A DNA stretch of 64,000 nt, taken from NCBI GenBank assembly GCA_964106645.2, contig OZ067042.1. One strand, written 5' to 3'. The notes under the pieces are model-generated. The model made no database searches. It was not told where the DNA came from and saw nothing but the letters and a program-made list of their open reading frames with translations. A program made the position numbers and the translations under genes. Of this stretch, positions 47,802-62,583 are shown piece by piece; position 1 is the stretch's first letter; each line of letters starts with the position of its first letter. Source of the stretch: Podarcis pityusensis (taxonomy: Eukaryota).

Positions 47802-49399
47802 GCTGCAAGACTGCGGCCTCCAGGCGCTTCTGTCCCGTCCAGTTCTGCCTTCTGGAGCCCAGCGAACTTCACCCCCCTCTCAGGCACTTCCTCTGTCTGC
47901 AGCTGCCAAACATCTGCAGCTCAATGGACTTTCCTGTGCAGGGGCCTCTCAGTTTCCCGGCTCTGTCCCTCCCTATTCCCCCCTTGCCCCTCCTCTTCTC
48001 TGGGTGGTTCTCTTTCTCCATCCTTCTGCTAACTCCTCACTCCTCTCTCCTTCACGCCCCTGCAGTCCCAAGCCAAGAGCTCTCAAAACACCCATTAAAA
48101 CTGGCTGCTTTAGCATCACAGTTTCCTCAGCTACACACTATGTACTGTTTCAGCCTACAGTTCTTCCTAAGCAGAAAGGTTGCCTCAGCATGTGGGCCCT
48201 GCAGGCACAGAGTTTTGCCTCTCCCTTGCAGGAGAAGGGTTTGGACACATTGGCTGCATAGGCATCATACATTTAAAGCACACCATACATTTAAAGCACA
48301 TTTCCTTTCTCCCCCAATAAGGTGATTGGGAACTATAGCTTGCCCCTCACAGATTCTCAGGATCCTTAGTTCCCATTCTCAGCCACAGTTCCCAGGATTC
48401 AGAAGGGGGTAAAGTGCTTGAAGTGTATGGCACATACACAGCCTCAAAACTTTGCATTGTATTGACTCTTCTGGTAGCCCAGGTCCTGGCCAGCACCACT
48501 AGATGGTGCAAACAAACTCCAGCCTGCTCTCATCTTGGATGTCAGAACTCAGGTCAATTTTCTTTCTATGTTCTAAAGAGGCAGAGGAGACCAGGAAAAA
48601 AACAGTGGTATTTCTTTCCACACTTCTGATTTCACTTGAGAATATAAAAATAAAAAGCTTAGGAGGCTTTAAATGGATAAGCTGTTTCCTTATCTGGTGC
48701 CTCTGCCTGTAAACTTCACTCTCTGCCTTTAGAGACATGGCTTTATTTTAAAACTGCTGTGAGCTGCCCAGAGGACAGGATGAATAGGTGACCAAGATAT
48801 GTCGTACATGAATGAATCAATAAGGGAAAACCTCTCCTAAACAGGTTCAAACCAGCTTGTCCTCTAGCAGGGTTGAATGTTCCAAAAGGAACGTTGACAA
48901 CTCGCATATAAAGGATCCATTCTTGAAATCACTCTAATTTTGATCTTAGTGGGTCTCTTGACTTTCATAAGATGCTGCAGGCAATGATTTCTGTGTGACG
49001 TGCAGGATTTTAAGTTTCACGGCACCACTTCTCACATGGTATTCTCCAGAAAAAAAGTTTACATTGCACTCAGTTATTTGTTTTTTAAAAATTCATTTAA
49101 ATATGTCTTTTTCCACAATTGCACATTTGGAAGCTCTTGCTTGTGCTGACGCATTCTTCAGCTTGGAACTACAGCAAGATACACACTTGTGCAATTTTCC
49201 CATGTGACATTGTATCCTGAGTGGATGCGACTGTCCCTGGAAAGGGGTGCAGAGGTCTAAATGAAAATAGGGCATTCATTTAACCCTGATCCCTTTTTTC
49301 ACTATGGCAAGTTTGCAAAATTACATCCCAGTGTGCGTCTTGGTGGGGATCAAAGGGCAAGTCAAATCTCATGGCATCTTTCTACATACTTCCCAGAGA

Positions 49400-51270
49400 G
49401 CACGGCGGCAAAAATTCATGCCTGAGGGTTCTGGCTTCCTGGCACGCAGCAGGAGCTGGCTGGGGAGCCCGCGCCTTCCCTCCACGTCGACCCTTAGCAC
49501 GTGTCTGACTGCGACTACTTTGCGTGGCTCAGTAGAGCGGAATAGGCACGTTGAAGGGCGTAGCCGGGGAGGGCAGGGAAGAGCAGCTCCCCCCCTTCAA
49601 TAAAAATACCTAGCTAACTTAGGTTCTACCCCCCCCCCAACAAAAATCCTGGCTACGCCCATGGGCACGCTCCAAACCCTTTCTCGCCTGCTGCCTTCCC
49701 AGACAGGCCCGTAATTGCCCTGACAGGCAAAGGCGAGCAGGTTGCCGAAGTGGTCTGAGAAGCCAGACGTTACGGGGTCAGGCTAGCGATCCTTTCCAGC
49801 AGCAAGTCCTATTTTTCAGGTTGCTGTCAGGGAGGCCGATCGTGCTTCGCTCCCCTGCGGACCTCCACTCCCTGCCCTGCCAGAACCAGATACTCCGCCC
49901 TGACCCTTTATTTGCAAAGAGAGAATTCGGCGCGAGCCACTGAAGGAAAACAAGCAAAAATAAAGTGGGGCTGGGAAGAGGAGAGGATAAAGATTAAGCC
50001 TCCACGCTGGTGACATGGCACGATCGGGTTTCTCAGAGGGCCAATTAACTCTTTGCTGGAATTAGGTTCAGACTAAGGAAAGGCAGACGCCTCTGTGCCT
50101 GTGGACAAAACACACAAACACACCCCGCCGTCCCTGTCAGTCAACCACAGCAGGAAAAAGCAACGCCCCTCTTTCTCCTTGCAGGCTAACGCCCTTCCCA
50201 GTGACGTCAAGAACGCCGCCTGCCACGCGTTACCAGCAGGGACAGCGGAGCCCCGCCTCCTCCCCACCCGATTGGCTGCCTTGGTTATCTTCGGAGTTCG
50301 GATTTAGAACCTTGGAGTTAAGAGGCAAATGAAGCCGATTGGCTGAGATGCAGGTTGCCTGCGCTCATCAATGGACAAAGGAATCTTCGCCGCGTAAGCC
50401 TGCGAATGACGGGAATCGGCTTGGGGAGAGGCAAAGCGAGAGCAGGGGAACCGCCCGCCCTGGCGGGTCTCCAGGAGCCTTCGAGAGACCCGTGGCCTCA
50501 AGGACGACAGCAGCCGCCAGGTCTGTGACTTACCTGTCCGAGGAGCCCGAATCCACTCAGGTCTGGGCATCGGCCTCGATCTGTTGCTGTAAAATGCCAG
50601 ATTCCCCCGAGTGGGGGAAGGGACGTGGTTCCTCGCTCGGCTGGAGAGGGAACAATCCTTGCCAGTATCTCGGGGCAGCACAAACCAGAATAATTTTTTG
50701 CTGGGCTCCTTTTTGTTCCCTTGACATCATGCTTTTGCTCGAAGAAGTTCAGAACGACTCCGTGGGGAAGGTTAGATGGACAGTGTAACTTGCCCTAGAT
50801 CTCCCAGGGCCCCGCGTGAATTATTATTTGGGGATAATAATACTGTAATGCAAACGAGCTGAGGGGTGCATACTTGGGAGTTATCCTCCCAACATCCCGG
50901 TAAGGTAGAGTAGGCTGAGACCCTGGCCCGCTGTCACGCAGTTATCTCCATGCTGAGCACGGAGACTTAATTCTGCGTCTCCCCGTGGTTCAAGTCAACA
51001 TCAGCTCTCTCTTTCCATCCAGTCCCAATATCGGTTCCTGCACAGCAGCCGGGCTGAGGGACAAATATGCATGCTGCGTATGTATAATGCCATTTTCGGA
51101 GCAATATAAAAGTGCACCCTTAGCTCCCGGGAACTGACGTATTGGCTCGTCTCTTCGGCTCCCGCGTGCCCATCTCATGGCTTGAACACCATGATTCATT
51201 GGGATCATCTGGCGAGCTGGCAAGCGAGGCTCCAGCTGTGAGGAGTGGACACTGCCGGGTTAGCTTGCAT
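49400..51270. promoter_or_regulatory. CpG-rich promoter region between divergent MARVELD1 and AVPI1
   Basis: Full CRE TGACGTCA 50202-50209, GC box ~50251-50260, CCAAT/ATTGG at 50041, 50271, 50338, 51141; TATAAAA 51105-51111; half-CRE TGACGT 51135-51140. Confidence 0.7.
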
Positions 51271-51966
51271 CGTCTAAGCTTTCCAGAGTTAACCTGTAGC
51301 TCATATTTGGGCAAGAGGGTCATCAGGCTCTCTTTGGGAATTAACTGCTGTCCCTAGGCTTTCTCTACCATAAGAGACATCAAGGAGGCTGCTAGAAGAC
51401 AAATGCCAGCCCTTCCGCTTGAGTGCAAGAATGTGACCCATATGGCCCCACCCTGGCACTTGTCCCAGCTTCTGTGGAATTTCAGTGCATGCAAACCGGC
51501 TTTTAGCCTGGAGCTGTTTTTTGGTATGTAGCTCCTCCCAACTTGAGCACACCTGTACTGAGCAAGCAGAGGCCTGGCTTAATACTCTGCTGCCAGAGAA
51601 TTAAACCACCATCTGGATGGTGTTGAGGGAGCTCAGAGGCTTGCTTAGGAAAATGGAGGTGCTCTCTTTCTGATGGCCTACACATCCCCAAGGGCCAGGA
51701 GTCAGCTGCAGAATAGGAATCCCAATTCCTTCTGTAGGAGGTGGTGGCAGATAAGTTGGGTTGGCAAAAAGGATGGATGCCTTGAGGTATGGCTGTGGAA
51801 AGGTTGTGTCTTACACATCTGCTCCCAGCTAGGCAGGCATAGGTGAAGTTGAGGGCGGCAGGGGAATAGCAATGGCTGGCAGGATTAGTCATTCTGCTGT
51901 TTCACCCTATTTCCTCTCTCTTTCACAGTACCACCTTCAGCTACAGAGTGGAGGGACCCTAGCATC

Positions 51967-52289
51967 ATGGGTACCCCAGCCTCTATTGCCTGTGACTTGC
52001 CACAGCATCAGACCCCCAAAGCCTGTACTCGCAAGAGAGCATCTGCCAACATCTTTCAGGGGGTGGGGCTGTTGCAGTTGCGCCGCCTCTTCCACAGCAG
52101 TGGGGATGCCCAAGCCGAGGAGAGGGCCCAGCTGGTCTGGGAATGTGCAGGGAGCCGTTGCATTGCTCACGCCTTGCAACAGCTCCGAAGGAGGCAGAGA
52201 AAGCTGAGGCTGAGATCACACCTGAGACCTCCTTCAGAAATGAGTGGTGCCACCAGACTCCTAGAGCTTCAACACTTCAGCCGCTTACG
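51967..52289 (+). CDS. AVPI1: Arginine vasopressin-induced protein 1, first coding exon; CDS join(51967..52289,54721..54883), 161 aa
   Basis: MGTPAS...RKRASANIFQGVGLLQLRRLFHSSGDAQAEERAQLVWECAG (cf. human RKQASANIFQ...AEERAQIIWECAG); donor ACG|GTATGG, phase 2; upstream acceptors at 51928/51940. Confidence 0.93.
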
Positions 52290-52707
52290 GTATGGTCTCC
52301 ATGTTCATGCCACCCTGCTTCTACAGCTCTTGCATTCACCATCTAACAATAAAGCCACAAAGATCCCCTCTCCTCTGCTGTTTCTGCAACAGCAGGTTGT
52401 AGGCCAGCAATGGCCCTTCAAATCTCATTGGACTCTTAATTTCCATTTGTCTTAGCTAGCATGGCCAATGATAAGAGATAACGGGTTTTCTTCAGCAACA
52501 TCTGGATGACTTCAGGTTCTCAACTCCTGGAGTAAGCAGATCTCTACCTAAAACCAGTAACTTCCTACCTACCCACCTTTACAGATGTATTCTATAAATT
52601 GCTGGTTTGCATACTTTTGACCAGCTGCTGCACCTCAAGTCAGGTCACGTTCACGCCATAAAGCCCTATGGTACTACTTTAAACCCTATGGTACTACTTT
52701 AAACAGT

Positions 52708-53075
52708 GGAAGAAGATTGGAAGAAATTCAAAGATTATCTACAGAAATATTGTAAAATTAATGAATGTTAGAATGATGTTGGATAGTAATTAAGTGGTTT
52801 CCAGCTGTAATGCTTTAAGGGAATATGAAAAAAGGGTTATAAATAGGTAAAAATTTAATATTATTACTTTTAAAGGATTTGCTGAACCAACAGATTGAAG
52901 TGGAATACAAAAAAGGGAGGTATGAGGAGGTCCGGGAAATAAGTCAAAGGAAAATAAGTAATGGAAAATCTGTGTGTTTTTAACTATTTTTATTTTGTAT
53001 TTGTCATTTTTTTTTCATTTTTATTGTAACATTTAAAAAAAATCTTAATAAATATCTTATAAAAAATAAATAAAT
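52708..53075 (+). mobile_element. L1-type LINE 3' end nested in a palindromic MITE
   Basis: EEDWKKFKDYLQKYCKINEC*, T-rich 3' UTR, AATAAA and (TAAA)n tail; TSD-like AAACAGT (52701-52707) / AAATAGT (53076-53082). Confidence 0.7.
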
Positions 53076-53744
53076 AAATAGTCATGGCTTCCGCCAAAGA
53101 ATTCTGGGAGTTGTAGTTTAAGGATGCTGAGAGTTGTTAGAGGTCCCTGTTCCCTTTACAGAACTATAGTTTTCAGGAGTTCCCTGTGACAAGGGATTGT
53201 TGTTAAACTGCTCTGGGGGGAACACAGGGACTTCCTTACAACTCTCAGCATCCTTAGTAAAGTGCAGTTTGGGGGGAAGACATGACTTTACATTTAAAGC
53301 ACTATGATTCCATTTTATAGTGTGAATGCAGCCTCAGCCTCAGAGCTCTTCCTAACCAACTGGTGTTACCTGCTCCTAATGCTGTTGTGCAGATGTATAA
53401 TAATTATGGCCATATGTCATCAACAGTGGTCTCTTAATAAAGCCACGGCTTAGAGCATCCTTTGCTTAAAACTGTGTTCATTGGTTATATTGCAGTGTGT
53501 TCAGGACTGGAGCAAATGTGCTTTGTATTGTACTCAGGCATAGCATGTAAACAGAATCTGCTGACAGGTACAGAGTTTAGCCTCTTACCAACCTCAGCTT
53601 TCAGCTTATGTAAGTTGTAGCTGTTACAGCTGAAAATATAGATGCAAAGGTATGTGGGTAATGTGCAGTTTCAGAAACCAGAGGGGCAAAGCTTTCTCTA
53701 GTTCATGCCCTCTACTCATCAGTAACAGAAGTAGAATTTATGTA

Positions 53745-54050
53745 CAGTGGTGCCCCGCAAGACGAATGCCTCGCAAGACGGAAAACCCGCTAGACGAAAG
53801 GGTTTTCCGTTTTTCAATGCGCTTCGCAGGACGAATTTCCCTATGGGCTTGCTTTGCAAGACGAAAATGTCTTGCGAATCTTGAGATTTTTTTTCGCTCC
53901 CCCCCCCCTTTTTCTAAGCCGCTAAGCCTTTAATAGCCGCTAAACCGCTAATAGCGCTAATCCGCTAATAGGGTTGCTTCGCAAGACGAAAAAACCGCTA
54001 GACGGAGATACTCGCGGAACGGATTAATTTCGTCTTGTGAGGCACCACTG
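53745..54050. mobile_element. Tc1/mariner (Tigger-like) MITE, TA TSD
   Basis: TIRs CAGTGGTGCCCCGCAAGACGAA / TTCGTCTTGTGAGGCACCACTG flanked by TA; retained CpGs suggest a young copy. Confidence 0.9.
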
Positions 54051-54220
54051 TATGCAGAGTAAGTAAACATGTAAATGTAATTCATTTGCATTATTTGTAC
54101 TGTTCACACAATTTATTCTCCCTTTGAACAGAATTTTAAATTCTTTAAACATGGAGGATACAAAGACAGCTAGATCAGCAGGGTTTGGGAACCTGTGGCC
54201 AACCAGATGTTGCTAGACTA

Positions 54221-54435
54221 TAGTGGTACCTTGGGTTAAGTACTTAATTCGTTCTGGAGGTCAGTTCTTGACCTGAAACTGTTCTTAACCTGAAGCACCA
54301 CTTTAGCTAATGGGGTCTCCTGCTGCTGCCGCATGATTTCTGTTCTCATCCTGAAGCAAAGTTCTTAATCCAAGGTACTAATTCTGGGTTAGCGGAGTCT
54401 GTAACCTGAAGCGTATGTAACCCGAGGTACCACTG
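54221..54435. mobile_element. Tc1/mariner-type MITE (same family as 39915-40140), nested in an older repeat
   Basis: TIRs (T)AGTGGTACCTTGGGTTA / TAACCCGAGGTACCACTG; TA flanks. Confidence 0.88.
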
Positions 54436-54720
54436 TATAGCTTTCATCATCTCTGATCTTTGCTCATATGGCTGGGGCTGAGAATTGGGCACGTCAGTTT
54501 TGCTACTGCTGATCTAGAGGAAAAGGAGGGCAAGTGTGCTTCTCACAAACTAGCAAGAGAACCTTCAAGTGCAAGAGTAGCCACTCCTGTAAATTCTTTC
54601 CTCCTTTACTTGTAGAAAGACACCATGGCAATTCTCTTATTGCCTGTACATATTGCTTACTTCTCCAGAAGAGATAACATACTACTCCATTTCTTAATGG
54701 GTGCCTTTGTTCTCCTATAG

Positions 54721-54883
54721 GATTGAAGACCGCACCACATCATGTGCTGATGTTGATGGCTGCAGCAACAGCGATAAGGAGATAGATGCAGCTGATCAAA
54801 CCAGCCACTACACTGCTTCCCACTACAGGAAGAAAAAAAGTGGAATGGGAACTGCAGACTACCTGCACCAGCTCCGCCGGTGA
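54721..54883 (+). CDS. AVPI1: AVPI1 last coding exon
   Basis: ctttgttctcctatag|G ATT GAA; IEDRTTS...RKKKSGMGTADYLHQLRR* (cf. human YLHQIRH*). Confidence 0.9.
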
Positions 54884-55150
54884 GCAACTGAACCTGATGG
54901 CAACAGTTGTAGTTAAATGTCACTGTACGGAACAGGAGTAGCCTGAACCCAAAGGGGTTCATATGGAAGATGCACTTCTCTCATAGTAAAATGTTTTCAT
55001 ATAATATCCTCTGTGCTTCACACTGGCAAAAATGGTGGAGAAACTTGAAACCAACCCTCCTCTTTCAAGCACTACCTGTTCTGGTTCTCAGACCACATCT
55101 GGCTATGACAAAGCACAAACACTACAGACTGAATGTACCTGGTCATATTT

Positions 55151-55156
55151 AATAAA
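55151..55156 (+). terminator. AVPI1 poly(A) signal AATAAA
   Basis: First canonical hexamer I found, ~270 nt after the stop. Confidence 0.7.
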
Positions 55157-58100
55157 GCTTATTATACAGTCCCCTCTATGAAAGCAAGTAGTAATTGCTT
55201 AAATTGCACCAATGTCTCTAGTTCAGCACTGTATTTTGCATAATCAGATGCTCTGAGAAGTCCACAAGGAGGCTGCATGAAGGTAACAGCTTTCTTGTTG
55301 GCTCCCACTCAGTAATTTGTATTTGGAGGCAGGCTGCCCCAGCTGCATGAAAACTATGTGGCACCTTCATGTAAGTAGCTGGAGGCAGGGCTGTCCCTCA
55401 CGGGTTTGTCTAGCTGCCTTTTAAGATCAGCTAGAGTCACATCTTGAAGTGGATTTCCTAATTATGCCAGTGTGTCAATTGCCTCTTCTAAATCTGAGGC
55501 GAGTCAAGTGTTGGGGTTGAGGAATGGATTATTAAGGGTCTGGGTTTGCACCAAAAGCACCATCTACAGTGACAGCCTTAGAGAGTCTCACTTTCTGCAA
55601 GACTAGCTGTCTTCATAAGTTCTCTTCGCCCACCTAGTTGTGAGGGTGGTCACTCCATCCTATACAAAGAATAATCACGGGGCAGGGCAAGTATAATGCT
55701 CTTTCACTTTGTAGGTGTGATCATGTTGACTGGGGAGTAGTTCCCTTACTGCTATTATACAGGAGGTCAGTCCTTTGAAAAACTAAGTGTTCGGAAAAGT
55801 TATGAGATGGAGTGTAGGGACATACACAGTCCTGATAATTCCAAAAGAGAACAGGAACTAAGGCTGCATTATGTTTAAACAGTCTTCTGCCTTTATGTAC
55901 TCACATACCCCTGTTGAACAACCAGAGGTCTGCACATTTGGGTGCCTAGCTATAATAGCTCTCTCAAGGCAAGAAGGTCTTGTGCACAATCAGCGTCATA
56001 CTTGGTGCAGAAGTTGGGCAACTTGTTTTTTCTTTTAACTGTACAGATTTTATATTACCAAAATAGAAGTGAATACTAGCACATTAAGGCGATGAAAGGG
56101 TATATGTTGTGTTAAATATCACTTCGAGCCAGGGCCATCCAAGCTAACAGGATGAAATGCATGATTCTTTCTCCTAAAGGCTATAGAAGGATCAGGAAGG
56201 TTTTTTTGCAGGTGGTAAAGGGGTAGAGAATATGTGGTCCTTCAGATGTTTTTAGACTCTTAACTCCAGTCAGCCCCACCTAGCATGGCCAGTAACTGAG
56301 GAAAGTGGAATTTATAGCCTGGAACATCAGGCAGGCAGGCCACAACTTCCCAACCCCATGGGTTCAGGACAGCTTCCCATCCCATGCTTTGCAATACAAA
56401 AAAGTCAGACACAAGGAAGGACTTTCCAATGATGTATGCAGTGTAAGCTTCACCTAGTGGGGAATATTCATACTGCAGGGGAAGTAGAGAGCAAGTGTGA
56501 GCCATGACACAATTGCAAGCGGCAGCACTATTGCAAGGAGGAGAGCAGGGAGAAAATTCAGTTTCCATTAACACAAGCAGACCAAAAAAAAAAAACCACG
56601 CAAGAGACTGGCTCTGCAACTGCAGACCTGTTATGAAGATACTTGCATTGATTTAAATATATTACATACATTTCTACAGTGCATAAGAACGATACATTTC
56701 AGTTCAGGCTGGCAAAAAGGAAAAGAACCCGTGCCTGGCATCAAGTACATCAGCTTCAGCCTGGCACCTCAGGCATACAGCAGGGAATTGTCCCCCAAGT
56801 GAGAAAGAGGCAGACCCCCCCACATACAGGGTACCAGGCGACTGCTCCGAACAGCAGAGAAGCTGGACTCGATGCAAGGCTTCTCCTCGCAGGCCTGGGT
56901 GGCAGCCAAATCAGCAACACCCAAGGAGAATTCAGGACACTTATATGGACAATTTCAGAGGGAAACTTGATGCCAGGGATTTAGCACAGTAGCTTTCAGG
57001 AAAGCAGCATTCACTGTACCATTCCATTGCACACGGGGTGTATTGGGCCTCGGTATGGTAGTGATCCTAATGTGAGTGCTTCCCCTTATGAGGATGCAAG
57101 TGAGGACATTTCCCCCATGGCAGCAGGCAACCCCACCCAGAGAACCTCCTCCCCCCTCCCGATTGTCAATGCCCAAACGCAGCCCAAGGGAGGATTCTGC
57201 CTCTGGCAGTGGCCTCTTTTCTGCCTCCCGCTCACCCCAGCATCGGCAGAGAAGAGGCACAGCTATTACTTCCTCTAGGGATCAGACTAGATGGGTGTGA
57301 AATACTAGCCCAAGGCTAACAGTGCTAGGATATAGGCATCCTCTCAGTTGCTCCGGCACTACATGGAGAACAAGTGTGTTCACTTGGGTTCAATTATTTA
57401 AAACCAATGTTAAAATCTACTATTTGAGGCATTTACTCCCTTGCAGAAGGAAGGGAAGGAAGCACAGCAGTTATACTCTTGCAGGACCTACCTGCTAATA
57501 TTACCCCAGGCAGACAAAAGCTGCACCAACAGACTCTAGTCCGACCCTTAAGTTCTTCTTTCCTCTCTATCCCAACTTGCATCCTCCCAGGAGCAGTCGG
57601 TGGCAGCTGTGCTCCTTATGGATGGCCCCAAGACATGACTGGTGCCTACAGCACTAGGAGCTCTGTAGGACCACGGATAACAGAGCAAGCCTAGTGGAGC
57701 AGGGTCCTCCCCCTCCGCTGCAGGATAAAACAGGGTGCAGGGAAGGAGGGAGGAATATCAAGGCTGGGAGTTGTACACAGCAGGAGACCTCTATCCAACT
57801 CAGATCATCCCCCTTCATCGCCAGCCTTCCCAGGCAGAGGACCCTGGGGTGTTCTCCACCCAGGTGGACATTAGAGGGACGGCTTGAAACCAAAGGATGC
57901 TGCATGCAGGCACCTGCTGGGAGATGCTGCCATGCTCAGGCTGGGGAGCGGGTGGGCATTTCCAGCCCGCAGCAAGGGGGGTGGGGAGCAGTCAGGTCTA
58001 AGGAAGGGCCTCCCTTCCTGCTGGGAATGTGCAGAGTTGAGGCTGGCTGGTAGCGCCTGCTTACATCTCCCACCGGCAGCAGCACAGCAGCCTCAGTCTG

Positions 58101-58163
58101 GAGGATTGGCTGCCCGCTGTCAAGTGATAACTCGGGTTCCTCGATGAGTCGCAGAGACCTCTG

Positions 58164-58325
<162 letters not shown>

Positions 58326-58366
58326 CTAGGAAGAGAAGAGGGGGGGAACTTGAGTGCCCGGAGTCA

Positions 58367-58510
<144 letters not shown>

Positions 58511-58639
58511 CTACAAAAGAGACGGCAACAAATAGACAGACACGATTAGGGTGGGTGCTGTGTACAAATCTCTTCTTGTCTTCTGTTCTTATGGAGCGGA
58601 ATAGGTGCAGTTACCCTCCCACAGCATCCACACAAATTA

Positions 58640-58978
<339 letters not shown>

Positions 58979-59058
58979 TCAGCCCTTAAAGAGCACCCTG
59001 GACCAGCCAGAAACACTTGCTTACTGGGAATCTGCTTGGGTTCTAGGGCTTGGGACTA

Positions 59059-59163
<105 letters not shown>

Positions 59164-59932
59164 CTACAGAGAGGGAAGAATGTTGAACCAGAAAAGGGTA
59201 CTGTTGTATTTGTTACTTTTTACAGGAAAATGTTTAAAACCAAATATAAGAACAAGAGTAAAACAATATCTAAAATGTTCGTCCACACACACGGGGTGCT
59301 CTGCCCCACTGCTCACTGTTTACCAACCGCAACTCCACTTCTCTTCCCACATTAACGCTCTACAGATTCCCCTTCCCACCCCGTGCATCCACTTAATCCC
59401 TTTTTACCTTCCCAAACTAATTTTTGAAGCCACTTGTCTCTTCCATTCTGCAGCTCCGCTTTGTCCTCATTTTCAGCACCGCAAAAGCAACACAATGGGC
59501 ACTGCTTATACTACCAAAAGTTCTGACCAAGCCCTACCTCAAATCCTCTCTGCCCCCCTTCCCCCCCCCAGGCCCAAAGGGAGTCCAAGCATTGCTAATG
59601 GGCAAAGTGAGTCTAGCACTCCTTTGACACGACCTTCTCCCTCCCAATTTTGCTCCTCTGCAAGCTTGCTAGAGCCATGATGCCAGCTTTCTCTTTTCTG
59701 GCACTCACTGGAAAGGGCTCAGCAACTTCTGGACTCTCCCATGTCTTGGTGCCAGGCTATACACTGAAGACCAACTTTTTATATCACTCGGAACTAAGGG
59801 CTGTCACTCCACAAGCAGCAAGTTGTCAGCTAGTCTACCTGTGCCTAAGATGTGTTCAGCAGTTACGGCACCTGATTAGAGACATTCCCTTAAATTTGGC
59901 CCTTCCTCAACGCTGCATACCAATTCCTTCTA

Positions 59933-60112
<180 letters not shown>

Positions 60113-61045
60113 TCACCACAGATAGCAAGATCCACATTGTAGTATTAAAAAGTGGCGGTGGGGGGAGAAGAAGTAAGACACATCATCAAACTGTGTAATC
60201 TGGCAGCTTACAATCTTTCAGTCGTTCGTCCCCTATTATTTGGAGAAGGCAACCTTATTCCAGCCTTGTCATTACTGCTCATGGTTTGTCAAGCCACAGA
60301 AGAATTTCCCATGCAAAACAGCAAGGCAATCCCCTACTATCCTTCCTTCAGGGGAAGTGGAAGCTGCAGAGCCTGCATCCTAGGCTTGGGAAGATGCTGT
60401 ACAGCCTTCAGGTAAGAGTATCCCAACTCTACGAGGATTTTAGGACAATAAGACTACCTATGGCTACAGGAGGGCTCCAGGTTGGAACTCTGCATAAATC
60501 ACTTGCAGGCTATCCATCACGTCTTCGACACAATGGTTTGCCTCAAGAGCCAAGGAGCACCAGCACACAGCTATGTAGGGCTTTAGGTTAGTGGAATGGC
60601 ACATGCTCCATATGTAGGAATTTCCAGGCTCAGTCCCTGACATCTACAGATAGGGCCGGAAAAGGCTTTTGAACAATCAATGTAGAGAATACTGAGTTAA
60701 AGTGAACCAACCATCTGACTTAGTAAAAGGCAGTTTCCTATTATTCCCCTCAAATACAGGAGGAAGTCCCCAAATATAAATGACAAGGAGACAAGGTCAC
60801 AGGAACCCAAATGACAATAGAATATAAATTATTGAAACATGAATATAAACATGTGCAAGTATATGTGTGCAGAACAAAGCAGCACTGTGTAGAAAACAAG
60901 GAATTTCCCCCCAATTAGTATAAATAGTAATTGATGAGATCTCCAGGACTGTATCATGTTGCATACCTCTTCAAAAACAAATTGGAGAATGATTGTCATT
61001 TCATTTTCTTACGATCGTACCTATAGACAACGTTGTGGGACATCA

Positions 61046-61429
<384 letters not shown>

Positions 61430-61460
61430 TCAGTGGCACAAAACATTTCTGGGCACTTTA

Positions 61461-61667
<207 letters not shown>

Positions 61668-62307
61668 TTACAGAACATGGTAAAAATCTAGGCATATACA
61701 GGTCTGCCTACTTTATTAAAAACAAAACCTACACATCTCAAATTCTGAGCATAATTTATTGACCTGAAAAATTACAATGGGGTGGGGAGAGTAAAACCCC
61801 ATACCTTCTAGCAGCTTTGTTAAAAAGTAAATAAAACTATATAGTACTTTAAAAGTGATATAAACATTCCATGCTTATGGTTACAACTTTTCTTCATCTG
61901 TAGTCAGGTTCTTCTAACTACTTCTACATGTAGTTCCTATCCCAAAACTCAAATATGGAGATCAAACTCAAGAATGCAGTAACCAAATTAACCTAATTAA
62001 TGCAAAAACCAGCAACTCACCACACTTGGCAAAGGGCAATTTTTTTAAAGAATGAATGAATGGAATATAATAATTCTGGGACTACTCCCAGTTGCTTCTT
62101 CCCTCAATTGCTGTTCTCCCTGCTTCTAATCCAAAGCCAGAAGTCCTCACTGGGCTAGGAGTGAGAAATATCAATAGATATATAGGAATAAACTATTAAG
62201 ATAAGAGACAGAAGTGGGATCTGGATGAAAGGCAGGATTTTATTATTTAGGAAGTAGGCACTGGGGATCCCACACAGAAACACACAGGTCTCTATCCAGG
62301 CATCCTA

Positions 62308-62583
<276 letters not shown>

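Noticed and set aside
47626-48325. 211-aa and 185-aa + strand ORFs
   Set aside because: Antisense shadows of MARVELD1 and its pyrimidine-rich upstream tract.
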